A DNA stretch of 64,000 bases from the NCBI GenBank assembly GCA_003344405.1, contig NOWV01000242.1, forward strand, positions 1 through 64,000, given 5' to 3'. The position numbers were made by a program, and so were the translations under genes. The notes under the pieces were generated by a model, which worked only from the letters and a program-made list of their open reading frames with translations, was not told the origin of the DNA and ran no database searches. Of this stretch, positions 1-10,169 are shown piece after piece. This DNA comes from Trichoplax sp. H2. Its lineage: Eukaryota. The stretch's first letter is position 1. Each line of letters starts with the position of its first letter.

Positions 1-827
1 CCTAGCGATCTTGGCAAAACAAGTTATGGTAGAACAAAGAATGTTCGGCACGACGATGACTATGGAAACTCCAGCCTATTGATAGGTGATGACCATGAAT
101 CCAGTAGGACTAATTTGTCCAGTCTACATCTACGGTAGAACCCAATAGCGTCCTCCCACCCCCCAAAAAGTAATTTTGGAGGTTTTGTTGATTGGCTAGA
201 GTACAGTAGAACAAAGTGGGAGATTGCAGTTGTAGCAATATCTTGTCAACAAAGAGCTTTATTCAAGATGGCTACGACGATCATGCAATCGGTGTGAATT
301 GATCGATTGGCTCCCTGTAAAATTGCTGGCGTTGTGGGCAAGTTAATCCACAACCAACGAATGAAAAGATTGAATGGGAGCTTATCAATGGATAATATCG
401 CTGCCTTGTGTGGAGAAAAAGCGTGAAAATTGCTAGACTGTGATTTTTTTTTTTATACAATATGTCCGGACGTTGAGTATCCTATGGATGAGTGAAATGG
501 AGATGAGCTTTTGACGGCGCATACAAGCGTCAATGAATAATAAGACAGTATAGGAATGGACTGAAATGACGACACAGTATGCAAAGAATGAATCTCTCCT
601 TTTAATTGCAGTCGATCAATCCAATGACTTGAGATGGCTTAATAGACTCAATTTCTTGATTGTACGGATCTCTAGCGTTATTATTTTCGATCGATCTTGT
701 CAGACTGCTCAACTTGAGTTAGCCAAATGTATCCATTGCATTGATTGTTTGGCCCACAGGGAAAGCATCAAGGTAAAATGACCATGCCATCATCGATATC
801 AAATGAATTGAAGGCGAGTTACTGTTG

Positions 828-1345
828 AGTTTTGGTTCCTGGCCAGTAATTAATTTCTTTTGGCTTTTTAGTCGCCGTCTGGTCTCGTCTCCGGTAGTAC
901 AGTGTACAGTGTACGTTTACAATGTACAGTGCATAGTACTGTACAGACCTTCCATCAAGGACTACCGAAAGAAAACCGATTGGAGCTTTAGGATGGTTAG
1001 GTTTGGATAGTGATATCCAGTGATAGTGATAGAATGTCCAGTACTTTCCGGGTTCCGATAGTGATATCCAGTGATAGTGATAGGATTTCCATTACTTTCC
1101 TTAACCTTTGGCTTTTCATTCGCCGTCAGGTCTCGTCTCCATTATACAGTGTACAGTGCACAGTACTGTAGAGACCTTTCATCATACTGTACTGTACAGT
1201 ACTGTACACTGTAGTTCTGTTTCCAAAATGTACAGTACAGTACAACACAAGTGGAGACTACAGTACTGTACAGTACTGTACGGTACAGTACCTCTACACT
1301 ATACAGTACAGTACTGTACAGTACAGTATTGTACTGTACAGCTTG
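828..1345. repeat. Composite repeat: two direct repeats (859-956 and 1107-1184), a doubled GATAGTGATATCCAGTGATAGTGATAG unit and a TACAG/CTGTA low-complexity tract
   Basis: TTGGCTTTT..TCGCCGTC.GGTCTCGTCTCC occurs at ~861 and ~1108. GATAGTGATATCCAGTGATAGTGATAG occurs at ~1006 and ~1057. TACTGTACAGTA-type palindromes are dense at 1185-1340. Confidence 0.8.
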
Positions 1346-2002
1346 GATGATGGAGAAACTCTCCAATTTTAGCGATACTATCTGCAGGCTGCTATTTTGC
1401 TAAGCATGATTATAAATGCTACGGTGACCTTGCAAATACACTAACTCAGTATCAACAGGGACTCCATGCTCCAATGCCAAGCTAAAAGCAAGAAAATGAC
1501 ATGGGCGGAAAGTGGCTGCAGTCACAAAGATCTGACATTGGACGAATCATTTCACAGAATAGTGCACATCGCTGCCAAGTTTGTCCATCTTCAACGAGTG
1601 ATCGAGCTAAAAGTGGGTGATAGACTATCCAATGCAAAACAAAAGTCTAAAGCACACCTACAATTTGCTGCTCCTTGATAGCCGGTAAACAAAGCCAAAA
1701 GTATTAGTGACGGCGCCGAGCGCGTACAAATAATTCATTAACACGAAATTGTTAAACAGAACAATTTTTTTGCAGTTTGGAGAAATACGAAGTAGCGCTT
1801 TAGCAAAGAGCACTAATACGTATACCTAATCTCAACTTGAAGTATATTAATAAGATTTTATTGTATTACTTCAATTATGGATCAATTCATTTACATAGTT
1901 GGAGCCCGTTGATTTTCTACGTCCATTGTTCAGTACAGTAGACAAAAGTTGTCACGCCTGAGAGACTGCTATATTGGATGGAAGAGTCTATGATGGTTTT
2001 AG

Positions 2003-2161
2003 CAGGGATTGCTCAAAGAAAACCCATTTTCCACCGTCTCCTACTTCCTCTCTCTTACTATATCCATGCAGTATAAACATACAGTAGAGCAATCCAAGAG
2101 AGAGGAGTAGAAGACGGTGGAAAAAGGGTAACATTTTTACTTGAGTCTTGAGTAGTCCCTG
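2003..2161. mobile_element. Palindromic MITE-like non-autonomous DNA transposon (hAT-like CAGGG termini)
   Basis: Ends are CAGGGATTGCTCAA and TTGAGTAGTCCCTG (imperfect TIR). An internal ~30-bp inverted repeat pairs 2027-2056 with 2096-2124. Flanks (G)GTTTTAG and (G)GTTTTAT look like an imperfect TSD. Confidence 0.7.
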
Positions 2162-3243
2162 GTTTTATGGTTAATCAATTTGTAATCGACGTACTGTATA
2201 GGCTCATCTGACTCCAATGTGGAGTAAGTGAATCTTTGGATACATTTACTTCAAATATCCCTGAATTAACCATCGACATAAAATAGGCTTCCATTTTTCT
2301 TCAAAAATAAGTATACTGTACACATCGAAATAAAAATGTTATTAAAATCTTGCTACAACGGTTTCATGAAAGTCATCGGGCTGGACTGGACTGTCAGTTT
2401 GGATCATAGAGATACCTCTACGATTTTGTGAAAATCCTTTCACTGCCCTATGCAGTGTGCCGTGTGCCCCTCGTTCAACGCAAAATTATTATCGACAGGA
2501 GTAAACAAACTTTCAACACACATTTCCAATTCAGTATTACTACTACAGTAATAATATCTGCTAATATCATCAGCAACTACTAAAATAGAGGGAAAAAGAG
2601 GATTTATAAACCCTTACAATACATAATGCTAAACGTACAGGAATTCGATAGCAGCTCTAGATAGTTGCCCATTATTCATTTCTTAACCGGGTAGCGGCTC
2701 TGCAGTCATGTCCAAGCACCAGGGATTTTCGGAGAGAAATTCCCTAGAACAGACACGCGGCACAGCCGACTATCAAGTCAAATAACGTTTACAGGCACTA
2801 TTCGAGATGCTTAGTCAACTCCTCTCATTAAGCTATGTCAACAAGAGCTTATAAATTTCAAAATAGTCTCATGATTAATTGTTATATATATTGATATTGA
2901 ATCGGATTGACTTCAATTATGGGAGGAAAATGGAGTCGCCTTGGTCCTTTCACAATGCTGTATCAAACACTGTTATAACTGCTAATGTCGAATTAGGGAC
3001 AACGAAACACTTCTTTCCTATCGAAAATGGCCTCGACCTTCTCTCAAATGAAAACAACAATTTTCAGCAGGAAAGCTTTCATTTAGACGATGGAAACAAA
3101 CTACGCATGTCTACTAGTCCAGTCGATCCTGCTGTGAGCCACCGCCTTGTTGCTCTAGTTACCAACTTTAGTATTTCAAATACCCCTCCATTGCCTTTCT
3201 ATCATGTCCATTTCTCATCATCAAACAGGATATCTGATTCGTC

Positions 3244-4749
3244 ATGCTTTGGATTAGGATATTCTTTGTACTATTGATCTGGTATATGACAATTGGTATT
3301 CATGTAGGAGCTCAATTTCAAGCAGAGAAAGATGAAACGGCCCAATTCGACGTACTAACTGATTCAATGCAATACATGCCGACGATGAGAAGAGCATCAC
3401 TTCTGGCTCAGCATCTTGAGGTTGATTATGGCTTAGGCAAGATCAATCCTAACCAAAATATTGATGAAAAGTATAGGTTAAAAGCTCTTAATGTTAGTCT
3501 ATTAACTCAGCGTCGATTGCATGGCTTGCAATTTCCCCCAAATTGTTCGTCAGTCAAGCTATTGCTATGTCAAGTGCCACCTCATGGTTTAGGAAGTGTT
3601 CTGCATCATCTAGCTTATTGTTTAATTTTTGGTTATGGACTGAATAGGACAGTTGTTTTTGATTGGGAAGAATTTCGATATGAAATCCAATGGAATGATT
3701 ACTTTTATCCATTAACCAATTGTACTGTAACGCCTGATATCCAAAATCAGGCTGCTAAATATGATTTCACTTGGTTGGGACACGATCTTGCGCAACTTGA
3801 TCATAAAGTCATCGCTTTTCCTTTCGGCTATATTCTTCATCGCCAATATGGTTATATGGTTCCGGCTGATCTAGTTGCAGATATTTTGCCTTGGTGTGAT
3901 GATCCTGTTTTATGGTGGCATTCTTTAGTCATGCGCTACGTTCTATTACCAACATCGAAATTGCGATCATTACTATTAATGGCTCGAAAACGCTTACAAT
4001 ATCCGTCGTCTACGGTCGGTATTCATATTCGTCATACAGATAAACTATTTAAAGAAGCTAAATATTACGGACTACAGGAATATCTTGAGATTGCAGATTC
4101 CTATTTTAAATCGTTAGCTAGCAATGGCAGTTCCGATGATACCAACAAAGTCATTTTTTTAGCCACGGATGATACAAAAGTTGCCCAACTATCAAAGTCC
4201 TTTCGTCGTCAATATACCATTATAAATGATTATGATGCTACATCTCTTGCTGAAGGGAGCTACTATAAATCACCAAGATATTCAAAGAGAGGATTTGAAA
4301 CTGCACTCGTTGATATCTACCTTTTAGCTGCTAGTGACTATACTATTGTGACCATGTCATCCAACGTAGGAAGACTAGTATATGAAATTAAAAAAATTTA
4401 TCTATGGCACGATATAAGTCATACTATATACAGTTTAGATGAAGCCTATAATTTATTTGGTTGCGATCGTTATATAATCCATCATCGCCAACGTGCAGTA
4501 CATGTCGCTGTTAAGGAATACAAGGCTAAAGATGACAATAGGGAACTATCTCTTCAACCAGGGGATCTGGTATACTTTGAAAGATTGGGTTTGAGACCTA
4601 ATCAATATTTTGGTTATTCTGAGACGTTGCAACGTCATGGAATCTATCCCATTGATTGCGTCAAAATTGTAACAAAAATTTATGATTATCCTGTATATGA
4701 AGAATTTGCAAAAACTACTATTAACCGATTAGAGCTTTATGATGGTTAG
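3244..4749 (+). CDS. FUT8: Alpha-(1,6)-fucosyltransferase-like protein (GT23) with C-terminal SH3 domain; intronless CDS
   Basis: 501-aa ORF with an N-terminal hydrophobic anchor. FUT8-type motifs LQFPPNCSSVKLLLC, GLGSVLHH, VGIHIRHTDK..EA, IFLATDD and TMSSNVGRLVYE; SH3-like ELSLQPGDLV...GIYP. Divergent, so possibly a paralog. Confidence 0.88.
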   Translation: MLWIRIFFVLLIWYMTIGIHVGAQFQAEKDETAQFDVLTDSMQYMPTMRRASLLAQHLEVDYGLGKINPNQNIDEKYRLKALNVSLLTQRRLHGLQFPPNCSSVKLLLCQVPPHGLGSVLHHLAYCLIFGYGLNRTVVFDWEEFRYEIQWNDYFYPLTNCTVTPDIQNQAAKYDFTWLGHDLAQLDHKVIAFPFGYILHRQYGYMVPADLVADILPWCDDPVLWWHSLVMRYVLLPTSKLRSLLLMARKRLQYPSSTVGIHIRHTDKLFKEAKYYGLQEYLEIADSYFKSLASNGSSDDTNKVIFLATDDTKVAQLSKSFRRQYTIINDYDATSLAEGSYYKSPRYSKRGFETALVDIYLLAASDYTIVTMSSNVGRLVYEIKKIYLWHDISHTIYSLDEAYNLFGCDRYIIHHRQRAVHVAVKEYKAKDDNRELSLQPGDLVYFERLGLRPNQYFGYSETLQRHGIYPIDCVKIVTKIYDYPVYEEFAKTTINRLELYDG

Positions 4750-5029
4750 GTTCCGATAGTGATGTAAAATTGTGAATATACTTTAAAATTTTTCCAAATA
4801 CGAAATATTTTATTCATTGAGAGAATCATGTATTACAGAGTACAGAAGCAAGCAGGACATACTGTTATATCTTAATAATAAAACAATAGAATTTTGATAC
4901 TAGGAGCAATAATTTCATCATTGTCTTTGTGAAGTATTTATTTTTTATCAATATAATACGCTTGTTTTGAGATGATTAGTCAGACCATAAACTTGTAAGA
5001 ATACTATATCTACGTTAGTAAATCAAATT

Positions 5030-7409
5030 TCATTTGCTAGAAAGTTTATCACCAGTAGCCAAGATGCATTTGATATTGGTATATCTTCCAACAAATTTGA
5101 TTGCCATTCCGACAAGTCGTAGTTGTATAAAAGCACGAGGTGCTATCAAACCAGAATATCTTTTGTACTGGTTGACACTGTATTCATAAAACCCTATTAG
5201 AGGCCAATAATACCGAAGCAGTTAATATCTATATGGTCACCATGCTTTAGACAATACCTGCTATAAACTCCTTAATATAGAAGTAAGGAGCAATATAAAA
5301 TTGAACTTAATAAGGTGAACTACCCTCTGTTCATGCTGAATATAATTAGATAAATTAGGAGATACCGACATTATTTCCTCAAATACACCTTATTTATAGT
5401 TTAAACTTTAAAACTATGCATTACTAACTCGATCAGCGGTAAAAATTATTAAATGCACGATCTTGCAATGTTTATGTCAGCGACTATCGTGAGCAAGTAT
5501 AATTAATTAATACAAGATAGACGTATATTGCTGTACAACAGCATCACTTACCATTAAATACATGTTCTGAAAGATCCACAATCCTGACATTACAAAAACC
5601 AGCAGATTTCATTTGCAACGCATAAGTATCCATGGATACCATATTCGCTTTTGGAACCAGGAAGAATTTTGAGGCACAAGTCTTGACTAACTCTTGTAAT
5701 AGTGATGATTTCCTACGGTCAAAAAGAGTACCAGAAACCCTTAATTTCTATAAATAAGATTTTTACTACATTTTCGAAGTAGAAATTGCAGGATAGCTGA
5801 AATAGTTAATTTATATGTAAAAGCACAATTTTTAAACACTCACTTTACTATGCATTGATACCTGTTGTTAAATACGAAATCAATTAGACCTAGCGAACCA
5901 CCTGGGCGTAGCAAGGCATACGCTTTGGAGAAGAATACTTCTCTAGTACGATAGTGGTAAGCACTATCAAGGCTGACAATCTATTATATTACAAGAAGAA
6001 AACGAAATTTCATGAGGTCATAAGCCCATAAAATCATACATAAGTTATGAGCAATGTCATACAATGTTATGATCAATTCACGTGCTGCAACATCAATCGA
6101 GCATATTTGCACATAGAATAAAAAATAGATCGTTTGTTTTTCTAATTAGATGCATACAATCTAACCTTGTCAAAAGTAGCCCTGGCAAAGTTTAGATCAT
6201 CCGCACTCCCCAGCATTAGCTGTACGCGTTTCTCTAACCCTAAATCCCTGACACGCCGTTTGGCAACCGCAACCTGAGTAAATTTTATTCAAAAATAGGA
6301 GCATTTATAATACTGTACATTCACCTTAACTGTGAGCTATCAACAAGTGTTAGGTCTGATACAATCATACGTATAACCTGGGACGGCACAACTTCCACCG
6401 CTATAATATCAACACCATAGTGTTGATGCCACCATATGTCTTGATCCCCACATCCAAAACCAATATCTAAACATCGATTGCCAGGTTGCATATTGACAGC
6501 CTCAGCTAATTTGCCCGCCATTCTGGAACATGCTTGAGGGAAAATAACTATACCGGAAATAATGATAATACCTGTGTGTTAGTGAATCAGAAAAATTTTT
6601 TAATTTACCAACTTGATACACCGTATCAGAAAGAGAATAGTCCGGAACAAAATATTTGTTCAGTAGAATCACAGAATACATTTCGATTTATTATCTAAGA
6701 ATTAAGTATATACTTTATAATCATTTTTAAAACTGAATTATTTAGATAGTATCTCAGGTAGCTGAATTTGTATCAGTCAACCTGACAAATTTTATTGCAA
6801 CGATAATACTATTTCATATTCAATATTTGATCGTAGTACAGCGCTACAACTTTTGCAAAGGGGTATCAAAAGCTAGATTAGATCTCTGTAGACTCTATAC
6901 TTAATACCATTCAATGCCATACAATTATTTACGCTTGATCATCAATCTCAATTGAAGAATTTAATTCTTAGTAACTAAAGTTTCAATCAGAAACAATCGC
7001 TAACTATCAGAATAGATAGATAACCAATAAAACCTTCAGTCATGGCTCATCACTGCATTGCAGTAATAAATGAAGAAATCTAAAAATTGGATATAGTCGT
7101 CATGTTATTACCTTCCTTATCGTCCCTCCTCTTTTCCCAATATCCAAAGTTCATCCAATAAGTGTCTATATTGCAATTCATCGCCATTCGACTTTCTTGA
7201 AATTGATTAATATCGTAAAATCTTGATAGTTCTGATGTGTTATTTAGCTTATTATCGTAATATCTCCAAGTTAATAACTTAAAAGGGAACTTTATCATTG
7301 ATTTAAGAAATCGTAATATTATATCGCCAAATAAACAATCAGATGCTAGTAAACCAATGATGGACCCCATAAATAGAATTATGGCATCTCGTAAAGTTAT
7401 ATCAATCAT
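5030..7409 (-). CDS. Class I SAM-dependent methyltransferase (EryG/McyJ/RebM-like) with N-terminal TM segment; 6 exons
   Basis: Approximate exons 7409-7112, ~6571 or ~6547-6378, 6273-6166, 5980-5862, 5712-5552 and 5193-5030 join in frame across GT-AG introns. Motifs WMNFGYW, CLDIGFGCG (SAM motif I) and FDKIVSLDSAYHY.TREVFFSKAYALLRPGG. Confidence 0.85.
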
Positions 7410-8228
7410 TATTAGAGCTGGTCTAAGGCTATTCGTTTAAAGAATTAGCAAGGAAGCATAACATGAAAATCGCCCTATAATGCTTCAATCATCACTTCCA
7501 GGTATGGCTAAAATTGCATGATAGTAAAAAAAAATCTGCCGCCCTTTCTATAAATCACCTTGAGTTTGTCCTTTCAATTGGAGATTTCTATTCAGTAAAC
7601 AGTGTACCGCATTTACGACCGACTTCTTTGAGGACCCAAAACTCTATGTTTTGGCTATTACTCTTTTGTACCTACTGTAGATCCTCCTGTAGTTGCGATT
7701 GAATTAAAGTATAGAAATTTTAATTTAGGAGTAAAAATATTCTGTATGCAAGCGAATTATAGCCCAGTTACTCCTGATGTGCTTCAGTAGAGGAGTTGAT
7801 TAGAGCTCCAATAAATGCCAGCAAGCTTTTTTAGCTGCTTAACTTAGTTGGTTTAGACAAGATAAAATAAGGCCAATGAGTACTACTGTAGTAAAATAGC
7901 TCGGTGCATACCAATTTCTCCAGTCAACTTAATAATAATGATTGCAGCTGGATAAGAACATCGACGATTACCTCACCGGCTGCTGTAAAATGAGCTGTTG
8001 AACCTTGGAACTGGAAGATGGAGGATGGTCATTTCTCACTTTTATTTATTGCATTATATTTATAGTGTTTATACTAGTGTCTGTATTCCTATAGCATACA
8101 GCACCCAGTATATTTTATTGCTGTCCGTACGGCAATCCCGCTACTTTCAGAAGAGCTTCCTTCTACGACGTTCGGGCGTATCTAGGAGACGCTCTTAATT
8201 TGCCAACAGCTCTCTTTAAATCTCTGCT

Positions 8229-9158
8229 ATGATACAAGTATTACGTCGGATTAGACAAAATATAGCAACTGATTTCCTTTACTGTAGAAAGCATCGATTT
8301 AGTTACGGCAAATCTTGGTTTGTCAATTATAGCAAGTATAATAACAGGATGACGTCTGAATTGCCTAAGGATGTGCAATCGGGTAAGATTGAAATCAACG
8401 GTGTTGAGTTATATTATAGTAAACGAGGCCAAGGGCAGCCAGTAGTACTCTGCATGCCAGGCTCTTTCGGAACTGGTTTGAGCGATTTTAAGCATAACTT
8501 TTATGCCCTATCGGAGAGTATGACTGTTGTTACATTTGATCCTCGCGGCTATGGAAATTCAAGGCCTCCCGATCGACAATTTCCTGTCGATTTTTATCGT
8601 ATCGACGCCGATGATACAATCCAGTTAATGAACAAGCTAGGTTTCGACAAATATTGCTTACTAGGATGGAGTGATGGTGGTATAACTGCCATTATTCATG
8701 CAGCTACAAATTCTAAAAGTGTTTCGAAATTGATTCTCTTAAATGCTTGTGCATACTTTACTAAGGCTGATTGTGATCTGATGGAGCCTTTAATGGATAT
8801 CTCGAAATGGAATCCAAAAACCTTAGATGTTTTAAGTGGAATATATGGTCGAGAAACATTGGCACAGATGAATAAGGATTATTACCAAACTTTCTTTCAA
8901 ATATATAAAAACGGTGGAGATGTTTGCAAAGCAGACGCTGATAAAATAGCGTGTCCTACGTTAATTGTTCATGGTGAAAAAGATCCTATGATACCCTCCC
9001 TTCATGCACATTATCTACATGAGCATATTAAACATTCCCATCTATGTATAGTCCCAGATGGAAAGCATGCCATACATAAGCGTCAGCCGGATAAAATCAA
9101 CAAATTAGTAGAGAGATTCTTCCTTGAAGATGTAGCACTTCAATGGGATCAATTATAG
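8229..9158 (+). CDS. BPHL: Valacyclovir hydrolase/BPHL-like alpha/beta serine hydrolase; intronless CDS
   Basis: 309-aa ORF with DPRGYGNSRPPDR, GWSDG nucleophile elbow, HGEKD acid and GKH catalytic His. The basic N-terminus resembles a mitochondrial presequence. Confidence 0.9.
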   Translation: MIQVLRRIRQNIATDFLYCRKHRFSYGKSWFVNYSKYNNRMTSELPKDVQSGKIEINGVELYYSKRGQGQPVVLCMPGSFGTGLSDFKHNFYALSESMTVVTFDPRGYGNSRPPDRQFPVDFYRIDADDTIQLMNKLGFDKYCLLGWSDGGITAIIHAATNSKSVSKLILLNACAYFTKADCDLMEPLMDISKWNPKTLDVLSGIYGRETLAQMNKDYYQTFFQIYKNGGDVCKADADKIACPTLIVHGEKDPMIPSLHAHYLHEHIKHSHLCIVPDGKHAIHKRQPDKINKLVERFFLEDVALQWDQL

Positions 9159-10169
9159 ATTATGAGAATAGTCCTTAGACTCATGTATTGCCTTCGAGAC
9201 CGGCCTTATAAAGCTATATGAGCATACGCATATTACGAAAGACGATGCTCTAAAATAGGAATATAAGCATTTCTATTCTATTATAATTATGGTATTATGC
9301 CACAACTTATTAGTACAGTATCTGTGTTGTATCTAAAGCAAATGATACGTTTTTGTGGAATCTGCTGTATAGCACATGTGTTATTCGCCAATGTAAGTAA
9401 GTATGGCATACACCAAATATTGCAATGTTACAACATCAATATATGGAATCTGATTAGAAATGCTAATACTTCAGTAATGCGCGATTGTAGTCAAAAAGTG
9501 GTTATCCTTTCTTCATGTTACTAGTGTACTGATTCTCGATTTCATTCATATGCCTTTTAATTGTTCTTACTGAGAACAGACTTTGATTCTCAGTTTAAAG
9601 TAGTAATCTTTACATTTTTTATTATAAAAAAGTATTTAATTTTAACGAATATAACGCTGAATGACTGATTACGAGATAAACTGTAGATAACTTTCACAGT
9701 TATCCTTCGTAAAATGAGCCATCTCCAAAAAATAAAGGTATCATTATCTTTTAAACTTTTGAGCAAAATTCGATTCACTATTAATTTATAATCAATAAAA
9801 CAGTCTACTATATTTTCTCACGTCCAACATATAATAACACATCTTCAATATTATTATCAAAGTAAGGTATATATCAGATGTACTATCATAAACACTCTGT
9901 GTAAAAATTACAATTTCTTATGATTATACATCATAGATAAAAGCTATGATACATATCAATTACGGTAGCTATAAGCCAAACTTAATCTTAGGAGAACAAG
10001 CAAAGAATAATATCATAGGCATATTTTTGTAAGCAGTTATTCCAACTTGTACACAGTACACATTGGTAGATATAAAAATAGAAAACAAGATTTCAATTTC
10101 GATTAACGGCATTCATACCAAAGACTGAATAATATTGAAAAAATTCAACAAATTTATTTACAATTAGTC

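Noticed and set aside
1..138. Open frame from the window edge (PSDLGKTSYG...LHLR*)
   Set aside because: Could be the 3' end of an upstream gene, but 45 codons with no recognisable motif is not enough support.
1108..1366. ORFs rich in YSTV/TVLY/CTV (also 19743-19970 and 20294-20557)
   Set aside because: Translation artefacts of the TACAG/CTGTA repeats.
2879..3277. 132-aa ORF overlapping the FUT8-like start
   Set aside because: No recognisable domain. A pyrimidine-rich acceptor-like site ending at ~3228 suggests much of it is 5' UTR intron. A uORF cannot be excluded.
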